The notes: generated by a model not told the origin, from the sequence alone. Shown: positions 1-13,189, counted from the whole stretch's first letter. The stretch is DNA of 63,706 nt, filler included, from Asterionella formosa (GCA_002256025.1; 28 parts of 28 records of this genome joined end to end with filler, not necessarily neighbours in it), one strand, 5' to 3'. Numbers and translations are program-made.

Positions 1-1050
1 TTGCATAGTTTTGAACACGCTCATTATACGGCACATCCTGTGTATACTAATATCAATTTTGATTATACATAATTCAAATATATACAATGCATGATGAGTT
101 CATAGTTTTCCACGACCTGTTGAGCTTGTTTTGTGTCAATTCTTGTACCTACAAGTCAGTGGCTGATTAAATTGAGCCCCTTAATAAACGGGAGTCATCA
201 CCAATTTTTCAAATGGTCGAAATCATACATTTATGTATATAGACATATTGACCAAAATTCATATGGCCTACCGGTAGTATTGTATAATTGCTGGTAATTA
301 CTTCCATCATGGAAATACCACAATAGTGCAGCGAAAATCTGAATATGCTCATGTGTTTAGGATCATTTGATCATATTTTTAAGATCGATTGATCATGATT
401 CTTGAAAATAAATGTTGATTGTTCATTTTCTCATCAACGACACCGTTCATCATATGATCAATATGTTATGATCAAAGTTATAGGATAAACGAATCTAAAT
501 TCATTGATTAAAGATCATAGTTTATACCGGAGTAGTCGTTGCTCATGCATGCAACCCCTTCCTCCCCTGTATACAGTACGGAAGTGATAACTCCCAAGCT
601 ACCAAATTTTTATGTCTTGTAAGAATTATCGCAGCATGCAAGCATACATGACTCCTACTGGTATATACAATGCGGGAGTGATGACCACCAGACAACCAAT
701 CCTATAGGTCCTGTAGAATTATCGCAATATGGCCGCATATCTAATGAAAGGGCGGGAGGAGTCATCCATGCTGCACCTGTAAAGTATGAAATATGGAAAT
801 GATCAAATATAGCTAGTCTACTCAAGGAGCAGTGCATCATATATGCCCAGTTATTTTAATTCCTATGAAATCTCTTGATCTGTTCTGCGCTTTTTCGCTA
901 CAATTGTTTTCATTGGCTGTTTTACTGGACAGCATTCGAATTGATTGTGCTTTGAACGAAGCAATGATCAAAGTCCACCCCATTGCAGAATGGTGAGTCT
1001 CACAACTAAGTATCAGCCAGTCGATTAAAATTGTACTGTCTTTTGTGCAC

Positions 1051-1150
1051 NNNNNNNNNNNNNNNNNNNNNNNNNNNNNNNNNNNNNNNNNNNNTTAATT
1101 AATTAANNNNNNNNNNNNNNNNNNNNNNNNNNNNNNNNNNNNNNNNNNNN
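1051..1150. other. Artificial contig-joining linker (first of 27)
   Basis: N44-TTAATTAATTAA-N44 (stops in all six frames) recurs between contigs of 1050, 1049, 1048 and 1047 bp and two of ~16.9 kb. Confidence 0.99.
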
Positions 1151-1391
1151 TACAGTTTGAGTGGTGGGATGATGACACATGATAACAAATGTTTGATTCC
1201 TTCGTCGGAGACGAATGTAGCTGATGACAACGAGTTAGTTTTGTCAGGGTTCAACATCATCGCGCACATTTTCGCTATTCCATAGTATCCTATTTCACCA
1301 ATTCTGTATTTGTGGGGATTCGTCATTGAAAGAACCACATCAGGTAAGGGTATAGTTTGACTTACATTGGTTGACTGCTGGAAGAGCTCAT
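1151..1391 (-). CDS. 5' part of an unknown spliced gene (MSSSSSQPI/IGEIGYYGIAKM...), truncated by contig end
   Basis: ATG at 1391; a GTAAGT...TACAG intron at 1365-1304 joins in frame to the 1099..1338 ORF. No family recognised. Confidence 0.4.
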
Positions 1392-3157
1392 GATGGAAAC
1401 AAAGTCTAGAGTTTGCTCGACTCCAAGTAGATTGACAATGGGATGAAAATAAATTGATTTGATGATCCTTCGTTCTACAGTATACTACCTGTTACCAGTA
1501 CCTGGTACCTGGTACCTTGTAACAAGCGAATACATAAAATCGAGAGATAACAGGACGAGTTCAGCCCTCGTGCCATTCCTGAACCCGGATGAATGCACCA
1601 GTAGGTTAGGGCTAGGGGTAGGGGAGCGATGCACAGAGTCGTTCGTTCGACAATGACAAAAATTGAGTTTAGCTACCGGTACTTACTACCCGGTACCAGA
1701 ACCAGGTTCAGGTACCAGGGAAGGTCCAGTAAAACACGTTTTTTACCTGAAAAAAAGAATAACAAAGCTAAATATCTCGATTATCGGACGGTCCTGTAAT
1801 CGAGATATTTTGGCTTTATCTATCTGCTCATAAGCGAAACCGTGTCCCACCGGAACTTCCTGGTTCTCAACCAGGTACATACCAGATATTTTAATATGAG
1901 GATCACGAGCGAGCGACTGTTCCGATCGCAGCCCCAAGAAAACACTCAGCTTTTGGCATGGCTGTTTGTAAAGCAACCCCTGGTAAGAAGAAAGAAAAAA
2001 AATAGAATTGATTACTAGACTACAGATCATGATGGCAAAAGGGTCCGGCAGACAGCAGCAAATCAATCCAACCACCATCATTCCATAGATACCAGCTAAC
2101 ATAACTTGATATATGCTATCATTACATCTCCATTAATCCACAATAAATGCACATACTACGATCATGACAATTCCATTCCACGCACTTTTGAAACTGACTT
2201 NNNNNNNNNNNNNNNNNNNNNNNNNNNNNNNNNNNNNNNNNNNNTTAATTAATTAANNNNNNNNNNNNNNNNNNNNNNNNNNNNNNNNNNNNNNNNNNNN
2301 GGCATTTATGATGGCTTTCGACGGGACCGCCTGGATTCGAGGAGACGATATTACTAAAGTCGAGCAATAGGCATGAGAAAAACTTTTTTTGCGCAGTGGC
2401 TGACTCGATTCTTGCTTTTCTTCAAAATCATACCTGCCGTTAGTAACACCCATTTTTGTTTGGAAACAAGAGTGACTACCGGAACTAAGGTTCATGTGCG
2501 ATGCAGAGGTTCTCCAGTTTTTACTACCTAGTGTTTCAGTTAGTGTTCGTTAACTCTTGCATTACACCTATCCATATACTTTAAACTGTGCATGGCGATG
2601 GCATCAACCCCTTGTTGCCACTGGTCCAAGAATAGATGGGCAAGGTAACTTGAGAACACTGTACTGGTGCCAGGGGGGTACCTAAAATGAAGTAGGTCGG
2701 TCTACCAATGTTGAATTTTATTCGTCATGTATCTACGTATGGCTGATATCATTTGTTTGTTGTTTATCGTCGTTGAGTTATTGGCAGCGTCTTGTCGTCG
2801 CCTACGGTACCGGTACCAGGTACCCAGTCAGCCATCACTACATCACCATCATACGATATGTACCGGCATCTGGCTTTGTAAAAGTCATCCAGGAGGCAGT
2901 ACATCCATCGTCCGTAATAAATATATGTGCTGCTGCTGCACCATAACATATGGTATACCTATCTACATATACTGTTAAATATATAAGAATTTATATTTTG
3001 AAGTATAGGAAGTGCATTTGCTTTATTATTCATTGCGCTTTATTATTAATTTATCATCACTCCTTTCTATCACCAAACAAATAAATATACAAATCATTGA
3101 TCTCGACTCGTCGTTGTCCGTGACTTTGACATTGAAAAGCATAGCTTGTCCTCCCAA

Positions 3158-3350
3158 ATGGAATTCAATCAAGCCGGCGTTCCGCAAGTTGGGGCTGTCA
3201 TCCCAGGCACCAATCCAGCCACTTCGGCATGCTTCCACGCGGATGGTGTTCATTTGTTTGTGGCTTCCGAAGCCGATAGTCGCCTTCGAGTGATTGATTG
3301 TCAAAAGGGACTTTCAGAACAACCTGCGATTCGTTGCGAGAGGGAGGGAG
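3158..3350 (+). CDS. WD40-repeat protein, WDR82/Swd2-like, N-terminal fragment
   Basis: ATSACFHADGVHLFVASEADSRLRVIDCQKG resembles the first WD40 blade of WDR82/Swd2; runs into contig end. Confidence 0.5.
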
Positions 3351-3450
3351 NNNNNNNNNNNNNNNNNNNNNNNNNNNNNNNNNNNNNNNNNNNNTTAATT
3401 AATTAANNNNNNNNNNNNNNNNNNNNNNNNNNNNNNNNNNNNNNNNNNNN

Positions 3451-4010
3451 CCAATATTGATGAGCCAAATGTTGATGATGATTTTATAGCGATTTCTGGG
3501 GAGAGTGAAGACAATGGTGGAGCAACATCTGCCGCTTATGCTAATTTTTCTGGTTCAAGATTTCCTCGACCTATGGTGTCCCCTCGATTTAGAGATAAGG
3601 CGCGCAGTGTCAAACAATACTGGGCCTGTTGAAAAAGTGCTTCTCTTCTTTCGACACAGTTGCTTCACAAGGCTACTCGAACTGATACTGATAACCTGCA
3701 GCAGCAACAACAACAGCAGCAACAACTGCAGCAACAGAACATGATGAACATGATGATGATGTCAATCATGGCATCATTGTTGAATCAGCATGGGGTATCT
3801 CAAACAACCACCTCCACTGACAGTGCCAATCCCACTCAGGCAATTATGAATTCAATTATTGCTTCAAACATGATTTCAATGCAGCAAACAATACAAAGCC
3901 AAAATCCAACCTCGACAGCAGGTGCCAATGCACAACAAACTTTGTCTGCCTCAACTCAATGTCAAACACCAAAAAACAACAGTGGTAGCAGTAGTAGTGA
4001 TGATGAATAA
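3451..4010 (+). CDS. C-terminal part of a Q/M-rich ORF convergent on the Harbinger transposase; probable accessory ORF of the element
   Basis: PolyQ and NMMNMMMMSIM tract; stop lies 77 bp from the transposase stop; one in-frame TGA near 3630. PIF/Harbinger elements typically carry two ORFs. Confidence 0.35.
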
Positions 4011-4087
4011 CAACCTTAAATTAATTCATTCTAATATAATGTGAAAGAAGTGGTGCTAAATAATCATGAAGGAATAATTTAGCACCA

Positions 4088-4500
4088 TTACATGGCATAT
4101 CTATTTGCATTCCTATTCAAATAGGGCATATACACTGAAGCAATTTGGTTCTGACCAACTTTGCTAGCACGAAAGTTGTAGAGCAATACAATCATTTGGA
4201 GAATTAATTTTCTCTCACCTTTTTCTTCATAACGAAATTTGTATTTGATTCTCGGAAATGATCCCTGAAGGCATCGCATTCCCCATTCCGACAGCTGTCG
4301 GATGGAGGTGGCTTGGCGATTCATACCAAATCTTTGTCGAGGATTACCATTTGCATCAACATTGTTTTGATGTGATTTCAACATTGCATTTGATTTTTTA
4401 GATGCAAATGCTGAATCCACAACTACTTTTTTGCCTGTATCCCTGTAAACTGTTTCAATCTGATCATAGATCGATGACCAAATTGCCATGGTGGAGTCAT
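4088..4500 (-). mobile_element. PIF/Harbinger DDE transposase (DDE_Tnp_4-like), C-terminal half
   Basis: Motifs VVVDSAF, NRQATSIRQLSEWGMRCLQGSFPRI and LLYNFR match the second Asp and the Glu region of Harbinger transposases. Confidence 0.85.
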
Positions 4501-4600
4501 NNNNNNNNNNNNNNNNNNNNNNNNNNNNNNNNNNNNNNNNNNNNTTAATTAATTAANNNNNNNNNNNNNNNNNNNNNNNNNNNNNNNNNNNNNNNNNNNN

Positions 4601-4875
4601 ACTATGAGAATTCCTGTAGGAAAGGATGTGTCGAGCATACACATTAGGATGATGTGGTATGTCGAGCATCAACAGGGGAGGGTGTCAGAATGTGTCTGTT
4701 AGGCTGTTGATGTCGACAGGTGTCCGAAGACTAGGTAGTCTGAGGAATGTCTAAACGGAAATAGACAGGATTTATATAGCAGAAGAATCTGCAGACGAGC
4801 GGCGTGAGAAAGATCTTGACCGGTCATTCCAGGGCAGTACTGGAGCGCGCTAGAGTAGCGCCATATATTTCAACA
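4601..4875 (+). mobile_element. 3' end of an LTR retrotransposon (copia-like): PPT plus LTR 4683-4875
   Basis: Purine tract GGGGAGGG directly before TGTCAG (4683); ends TTTCAACA (4875), giving TG...CA termini like the 27964 copia LTR. Confidence 0.6.
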
Positions 4876-5109
4876 TAGGTTGAGATGCACAACATGCCGG
4901 TTCTGGTACCAGGTACCAGTAGCTTAGTAGCTACTACTATTACCTACTAGTATACCGGTAGCATCGTAACAACATGCATGTCATGATCATTGTCTAAGCA
5001 TACCTGGTACCGGTATTAGCTACTGCACCGGGTAACAGCATTTAGGTATGACATTATGATGCAGTAAGTACCAGTATGAAGTCATGAAACGAACCTCGTA
5101 CATAGCTAA

Positions 5110-5350
5110 GGGCCGTTCTTATCATTCTGTTATTTGTTGTCATTGGTGTATCATCGCCGAAATATGATACAAAAATGGCGGTTTGGTTTTTTTTTGTGTA
5201 TCACCAACGGTTTTTTTGGTCTGATCACCGGTGTATCATGGGTGTATCACTGATACAGTTTTTGGACCCCTGACCAATGCTGTATCACTGATCAAGCCGT
5301 TGATCACTGTGTATCACGTCCGTTGCCACTGATAAAATAACTGTAAATAC
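5110..5350 (+). mobile_element. PIF/Harbinger element end (TIR plus subterminal TGATAC/GTATCA repeats)
   Basis: TAA|GGGCCGTTCTTATCATT; homologous in inverted orientation to 54172-54403. Confidence 0.65.
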
Positions 5351-5516
5351 GCAAGCACAACACTATTAAATATTGCGCCAACTATTTTTTGTTATATATA
5401 TACTACGGTACTCTGTATACATTACCTTTCAGCTTCGTGAGTCATACAAGAATCAGTAGTCCGCTCATCTCTATACCAATCTTCCGACATCGACTATATC
5501 TCGATTAATTGGCGCA

Positions 5517-5650
5517 ATGAGCAGCAAAGTAGTGGGTACGGCTGAAACTTCTGATGCTGCCTCTATTCGCATTGATTCGGAAGAGAAGCAATGCATTGTA
5601 GCTGATGAGGACGTCGAAGATATTGTTGAGTTGTCTACTGCTGATCCAAC
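5517..5650 (+). CDS. N-terminus of an unknown protein
   Basis: ATG-initiated acidic ORF open to contig end; no family recognised. Confidence 0.35.
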
Positions 5651-5750
5651 NNNNNNNNNNNNNNNNNNNNNNNNNNNNNNNNNNNNNNNNNNNNTTAATT
5701 AATTAANNNNNNNNNNNNNNNNNNNNNNNNNNNNNNNNNNNNNNNNNNNN

Positions 5751-6380
5751 AATCTGCTCTTTGACATTCTTCGTCAAAATGTCTGCTGGATTGTTTTCTG
5801 ATCTTAGAAAAACAATATGCAACTCACCCTCATCTATCATGTTCTTGACATGATGAAACTTAATATCAATGTGTTTTGTTCTTGTTCCAAGTTGTTGATT
5901 CTTCGCTGTGAATATTGCACCTGTATTATCTTCACGTAAAATGCTTGGTAGGATATTTTTACCACCTGTCACTTCGTTCAGTAACATTGCAATAAATTTG
6001 ATCTCTTGAGCACATTGCGACATTGCAACGTATTCTGCTTCTGTGCTTGATAACGTAACGGATGACTGGCCCTTTGATTGCCAACTGATCAACGCACCAC
6101 CAATGGTAACCAGAAAACCCGTAGTACTTTTCCGGCTTACCTTATTAGCAGCCCAGTCACTATCAACATAAGCAATAACCCGTAATTCCTTAGGTTTTCG
6201 AATCTTGAGAACTCTGTCCAATTTGCTTGATAAGAATCCAACAACTCGTGAAATTCCATCCCAGTGTTCTTCGCCTGGACAGCTTAAATACGAAGATAAT
6301 TCACGTACTGCATTGGCACAGTCCGGGGAATCTTTCTTAGTAGACCATAATAATTTCCCAACAATCTTGCGATATTCATC
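5751..6380 (-). mobile_element. Ty1/copia RT C-terminus plus RNase H fragment
   Basis: YVDSDWA, SVTLSSTEAEYVA, EDNTGAI, RTKHIDIKFH, NPADILTK; same family as the 27964-32968 element. Confidence 0.92.
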
Positions 6381-6900
6381 TACAACGCCGATTACTGGTA
6401 CAGCCGCCACAAAAAAAACGCTAGTCAAATATGATCACCCAAATTAATTATTTGGGTGGCCCAATATGACGAATTTAGCTACGTACATAATTTAAGGGTA
6501 TGACATCACAAAAAAATATGATGCATCATACAATATATATGGACGGAGTGAACTTAAATAGTTTCGACAACTTCCATAATTATTTTAGAAACCCACATAA
6601 TTTTTGGGGCCAACTGACAATATTTTCTGGCGACACGAAGAAAAATTTGTTCAGTAATAATCTCTATAATACAGTACTTTTCTCGACAATTCGCAACATT
6701 TCCGTTCACAAATATTCTTCACTCTGACTACCATTAATTCTGTTAGTTTGCTCCCATTTTATCTTTACTTTGATCACATTAATACCTCAAGGTTAAACAA
6801 NNNNNNNNNNNNNNNNNNNNNNNNNNNNNNNNNNNNNNNNNNNNTTAATTAATTAANNNNNNNNNNNNNNNNNNNNNNNNNNNNNNNNNNNNNNNNNNNN

Positions 6901-7950
6901 ATGACTACACGACTATATTTGGAAAGGAACCAAAGAAAGCCTCAACGCCGGGATTCCCGGGAACGGTCCTAAGTAAGAACCGAGGAGAGACGATCAAGAA
7001 TAAGGAATATCGCTCCCTCGTTGGAAAGATACTTTACTTCGTGAAGAAAATATCGCCAGTATGCGCCAACGCATGTCGTGAATTGTCACAGCACCTCGAC
7101 AACCCAGGCGAAACGCACTGGCAAGCATTGGAACGCCTACTCGGGTATTTGTGTCTACATGGGGACATTGCATGCAGAATGAAACTACGTGCGCCCAACG
7201 AGCTACGTATACAAGATGTTGTGGACAGCGCCTTCGCCTCTAATCCTGATACACGAAAAAGTGTCAGCGGTTATTTAGGCACGATCGGAGGGTGCGCCCT
7301 AATTCACTGGATATCAAAAGGACAGGATATCGTAACGCAATCAAGTACCGAGTGTGAATATGTCGCACTCAGTAACGGCTCAAAGGAAACTGTCTTCGCA
7401 ACGAATCTACTGGGCGAAATAACCACTATCGTGATGCCTAGTCTAATGGGTGAGGACAATACCGGTGCGATTTATTTAACGAAAAATCATCAGGTCGGGG
7501 CACGTACAAAACACATCGACGTTAGATACCACTATGTACGAGAACAAGTCGAAAACGGAACGATTAAGGTTGACTACGTCAATACGGAAAAGAATCCAGC
7601 AGATGTTCTAACTAAAAATGTCACGGACAAGATTATGATCATGCACGGATATGCGATCCAAAACGGGATGATGGATTGTTGGAACAAGGAGAGTGTTAAA
7701 GTGAGCTCATCTATGTAGTTAGGACTCGGAGTCAAACGAGTCAAACGATTCGAATGAGTCCACTTTGATGTACCAAGCTCTCATCAACCACACATTATAC
7801 TTTGCTACTCCGAATATAATGAGCCGGACAATATAAGCTATTTCGGAAGACCGATAGTTTGAAATGAATGATCATGGTTAAATACCTATGATCAGTAAGT
7901 GTGAGATAGACATGGGTCTATCTATGATTGTATGTTCCTAGAAATGCAAA
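6901..7950 (+). mobile_element. Ty1/copia 3' end: RT/RNase H (to 7718), PPT, 3' LTR from 7694
   Basis: VDSAFA, SSTECEY, EDNTGAI, RTKHIDVRYH, NPADVLTK; AAGGAGAG followed by TGTTAAAG. Confidence 0.9.
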
Positions 7951-10086
7951 NNNNNNNNNNNNNNNNNNNNNNNNNNNNNNNNNNNNNNNNNNNNTTAATT
8001 AATTAANNNNNNNNNNNNNNNNNNNNNNNNNNNNNNNNNNNNNNNNNNNNGATGGTGAAGAAAGGTTTTAGAGTCAGGTTCCACAGTACGTATTTTGTAC
8101 ATTGTATACCTAGGGCGGTCGTTTTGAGAAAAGGTTCATGAAGGACATTGTCAGTACATGCGAGATGTGTAGAAGTACCATCTTAAAGTTATGGATACAA
8201 TAGACAATAGTCCAGCCAAATGTTTCGTCGTATAATATTGTATTACATTTGTAGTGATTTGCAGTACGGGCCTGCCTACTGTTGTGAAGACTGAAACTGA
8301 AACTGAAACTGAAACCAAAACCGCATGCTAACTCTAGCATTCGTGCTCACTCGTAAAACGGTGGGTAATAGGGAGTATCGTGCTGCATTTTCTTGCAGTG
8401 TGCCGCAGACCTTGCCGTAGTGAAAACTCGGCAGAAAGACCGCGTGGTTGCCTGTAGAGTCACAAGAACAACGGCGGTTGCAACAGCACAGCTAACACCG
8501 ACAGACACTGTCCTCACAGAGCGAAAGCTTGTGTAGTTCTGTCCCGTGTTGGCGTTGTGATCGACGTATTCGTAGTGGGTCTTAGAGGTGATTGGGAGGT
8601 AAAATCTGTATCAGTGTAGGCTGTTGTCCCGAAATATGCTGCCAAGGTGTGCCTTGCTGTTGTGGCTCGTGCATATCGAAGTAGGATGTTGGTTTACTGT
8701 TGCGCTATGCGTACCAGTATGAAAAAGGAATTCGCACGGTGAAGGCAAGGTTTGGCGCAAGTGCAAGTAAATTGTCAAGTACTCTACTCTACGTAGTTTC
8801 GCAGTGTTTGCCGTGGTGTTTGCAGTGTTACTAATGTTATGAAATGTATTATAGAAATGTAATATAATGAATATTCATTAGACACACCGTTAAAAAACCC
8901 CATCAAGCACATAAGAAATGCGATTGATGAAAGTGATTGTTTACTGGCATATGACCAGATCTGGTTTCCCGTGTAATGAGGCTACCAGTTGTACAGAGAG
9001 CCGCTACTTGTTCGGCGTGAAGCCCAGCGTGGTATTCTCTGTTTGGTGGTAGCCTGGGTACGCTCAAGTTGGCCTACGAACGAATATATGGTACCGGCGT
9101 NNNNNNNNNNNNNNNNNNNNNNNNNNNNNNNNNNNNNNNNNNNNTTAATTAATTAANNNNNNNNNNNNNNNNNNNNNNNNNNNNNNNNNNNNNNNNNNNN
9201 TCTGTCCTTCAGCACACACAGGGGGGACTGATCACTTACCAGTCACCTGTAGGTCTCTGCAAGGCTAATCAATCGTGGTTGGTGACGCAACTCAAAGTTC
9301 CTTGACAATTTTTTACAGTTGACTACCGTAACCGCTATTACAATGTTGTAGAAATACTCTCTAATACCTTTATACATATATTTAAAAGGTGATGCCAGCT
9401 GAATGGAGTAAAAATTAAATTAGCTTTTTTATTTCATTTCTCGTCGACGGCAACCTTTGAGACCAAATGATACGGAAGTAACGCTAGCTAATTGACGAGT
9501 TCAGAGCACGATCATTATTGGTTAGCACATAAATCGCTACAACATTGCTTGAATAATTATGTTCGTATCTAGCATTTTTATCCCAAAACGTGAATTTACT
9601 CGATTTAACGTTGACTCTCAGTTCAAAACCTTTCAAACGTTGACTCTCAGTTTTTAGGTGGTACCAGTACCAGGTACCAGGTACCGTACTATTACCGCAA
9701 GGGACCAGGACCAGGTAGTAAGTAGTACCGGTATATTGTCTTGTTGTCTGTTATTTTTTGGTTAGGTTCATGCCTTATTTCTGCCTTCGGTGGCAACGGG
9801 GAATCAACGATAACTGTAACGTCAGAAAACAGCATTTTCTTTATATTTGGTTGTACTACAATTTTGAAGTAAGGCTTTATCTAAGTGCTGTTATGTATTA
9901 CATGGTATGGGCTACCTTCCTAGGAGCCCTACGATAGGTGATCCATCGTAAGAAAACTGACTTTTGCGACTTCCTACATCACATAGCCGCCCAACCAATG
10001 CCTACAAACGGTGTAGCATCCAACCAAACAACGGCATGTCTGGGGCTATGAAATAAATCCAATTAAAATTTGCACATCTGACCATC

Positions 10087-10249
10087 CTATATTGTACTGA
10101 TATCGACATGGACATTTCTCAAGGCTGCTAAATATACAGGATCATTCACAATCTCAGGATACTCTTGAAGCAAGGTTTTGAGGACTTGTTTGGCAGGCAC
10201 CTTATCGAGCAAAGCCTGTTTCAAAGCAGCGACTCGTTCTTCAGTTTTG
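10087..10249 (-). CDS. C-terminus of an unknown protein
   Basis: Open frame from contig end (KTEERVAALKQALLDK...VDISTI*) followed by AT-rich sequence. Confidence 0.35.
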
Positions 10250-10349
10250 NNNNNNNNNNNNNNNNNNNNNNNNNNNNNNNNNNNNNNNNNNNNTTAATTA
10301 ATTAANNNNNNNNNNNNNNNNNNNNNNNNNNNNNNNNNNNNNNNNNNNN

Positions 10350-10534
10350 CGAAATAATCCTTTTTCAAAAGCTTGTCATAGTCTGTCCGAAAACAATTGA
10401 GATTGGATGCTTTTCCCACCTTTGATCCTCCTCGCTCCCTTGTTTCTTTCTTGCTTGGCCTTCTCGCTTTGCTTCCGCATAATGCGAAAGTGGAAGAAGC
10501 GCTCGACATCTGATGAGTCGCTATCATTGCTCAT
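10350..10534 (-). pseudogene. Frameshifted N-terminus of a Pong/Harbinger-type (Plant_tran-like) transposase
   Basis: Acidic start MSNDSDSSD, then in another frame GGSKVGKASNLNCFRTDYDKLLKKDYF, resembling the GS..GR..N..R......L..DYF motif. Confidence 0.45.
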
Positions 10535-12383
10535 TTTCGCTGTGTCGAAACAAAAGTCATATTTATTGGTAATAATAAAGAAGCCACAATTCTCTACGAA
10601 CAATATTCACGTACATAGTTGTAATATTCTTTGATGGGCAGTACCAGAGAGGAGTAGTATTGCTAGCTGTTTAAGAATAAGGTGTGTGTGTGGCTACTTC
10701 ATGAATTAAAAGCGATACACATGAAACTACAGTCTCCCTTTAATTCTATGGGCTAAAAATTTAGGCTCGAGATTTGACTTATAAAGGATTTGGTCAATGC
10801 GGTGGGGCAAACGAGAAAATTTCGACTTTTGATAAAAAGTTTCTCAACCACCAAGTGACGTGTATTGATATTTTAAACTGCAATTGGCTTTGGTATTTGT
10901 TCGATGCAGTGGTGATGCTCTAATAGGAGCGATATATAGAATAAGTTTGGCAGCAAATACCAATTCTATTTCAAATTTAAATATTGCTTTGGACTGGTAA
11001 TACCAATGTGGAAAACAAACTGGTGATCATTTTCAAAGGTAAATTTCAGAATCCAAAGTTGTAAATTATTTTGCAATTACAACCGATTTAATTCTCAAAT
11101 TGGAATTTTGTTTTGGATTAGTGATACATGAAAATAATTTCAGCTTCGACTGTTGAATTACCTCTCAGGCCAAGGAGCAACATCGCCATCCCAAATTTCA
11201 TTGGCATTGCTCATGTTGTTGATTGTTCTTCCTACATGATGACCAGTAATAATACTAAAATTACAAATTAGTTTCTTTTAAAGCCCATTTGTACTCCCCT
11301 TTTTCTATAGGCAAGCATTCATTGTACTACCTGCTAAGAAAACCAGTTTTGCTAGTAGTGTAGGTGAGTCTTCATGAATACTCTGACCACCTCCTAGGNN
11401 NNNNNNNNNNNNNNNNNNNNNNNNNNNNNNNNNNNNNNNNNNTTAATTAATTAANNNNNNNNNNNNNNNNNNNNNNNNNNNNNNNNNNNNNNNNNNNNTG
11501 AGCTTTGAATGGAATAAGTGGTACTAATATCATATATTTCAGTCTTGAGTAAGATTGTGAAACATGACATGAAAACCATTAAGAGTGATCTTGATGACTA
11601 GAATAGTGCATTTTTTAGGTGATGGGCTCATTGGTAAATTGTTTATTTGTTGTCCATGGATGAAATTAGCTACCGGTAGTCACCGCAAATATCTTTACTT
11701 TATCTGCAAATGAAGGTGCGTGTCTTAAATGAATTATCCACGAGAGCAGGATCTTAGTTGAACTTTGAAATGAAATATTTGAAAACATCAAATAATTCAG
11801 TCTCGAGTTCAATGTTTACTACCGAAACTTCACATATAACCGTTAAAACTAACATTACTTATGGACGAGTGGCATTTAATTCATGTGAAGTCACGACATA
11901 ATTAACCTCCTACAGATTAAATTTCGAAAAGTGGCCTATTTGGGGGCTGATTAGATGTACAGTACATGTTCGAAGTTTTTATAGGTAAAGATCCTACCGG
12001 TATGTAGTACATAGTAACAGAAAGTTGCCGTACTATGTGATGAAACAAAAACTTTAGCTTGTTTTACCCAATATTAAATTGTTTATTTAAGCAAAATGAC
12101 CACAACTTGCTCTAGTATCATATGGTCTAGAAAATGAGCACGATCAAAAATGGATGTCCTAATGACTAAAACATATAAATAATAATGATAAATCATGTTA
12201 TACACCCATCGTCCTCACCATGACACAATTGTCGCACTTTTGATTGTTCCCGGGAGAAATGTGCCCCAATAATTGTTCATGAGCCTACATAATATAGATT
12301 TAAAGATCAATAGATTACTCAACATTTGACACTCCGTGGTCCATACCGGTAATCATTATATGCATCAACACTAGAAGCGGGCA

Positions 12384-12547
12384 ATGGTCAGCCCCCCTCT
12401 CCTCCTGCTACTTGCAGCCATGCTACTCGTCTCTCCGGTGAATGGAGATGCTGTTGTTGGCAACGAACCAAGAGTGTACGAGCTACCCAAAGGACGACGA
12501 AAGAACAGAGGAGGCACTGCTGTGGTTACAAATCCATCTCCCCCCAT
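12384..12547 (+). CDS. Secreted protein, N-terminal fragment
   Basis: Hydrophobic signal-peptide-like start MVSPPLLLLLAAMLLVSPVNG; open to contig end. Confidence 0.5.
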
Positions 12548-13189
12548 NNNNNNNNNNNNNNNNNNNNNNNNNNNNNNNNNNNNNNNNNNNNTTAATTAAT
12601 TAANNNNNNNNNNNNNNNNNNNNNNNNNNNNNNNNNNNNNNNNNNNNCAAAAACTTGCCACCAACATCAGATGTATCGATATCATCGTGCGTCCGACGAA
12701 ATATGGACGATGCGACTACATGAATACCTCGAGAAGACAAGCAATCCAACAATCAACCGCATCCGTTAGGCAAAGAATCGCTACTGGCGTCATCGCGGAA
12801 CTGATTTCGCTTCAAACCGGTCATGATGGACGACGATTGGCATGGTGAAAGGTGAATTGCCGGAGTCCACTTTTCAGGAGACGAACAAAAACGAGGTGAA
12901 TTCTAGATATAAATTATTAGAATCTGAATAGTATATAAAAAGGTTTCCTTAAGTAGACCCCTTGCCGATTTCGGCAATCCCAGGGCTGGAAAACCGAGGG
13001 GCAGGTGGTGTCTGTTGTCTTGCCAAAATGCGAACACATAAAATATATATAAAATATATTTTAATGATGGGCAATACCGGACCTTTGGCAATTTTGGAGG
13101 TGACGATAGGAAATATATGAAATATATTTAATAAGATGGGCAATAATAGTAAGCAAAAAATCACATTTATGCTTTATTTGTAGGCAGTA

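Noticed and set aside
8051..9100. Possible gene or element on this contig, and the many 60-130-aa ORFs elsewhere
   Set aside because: No sustained frame or recognisable motif; most short ORFs are antisense shadows of real CDS or chance ORFs with non-ATG starts.
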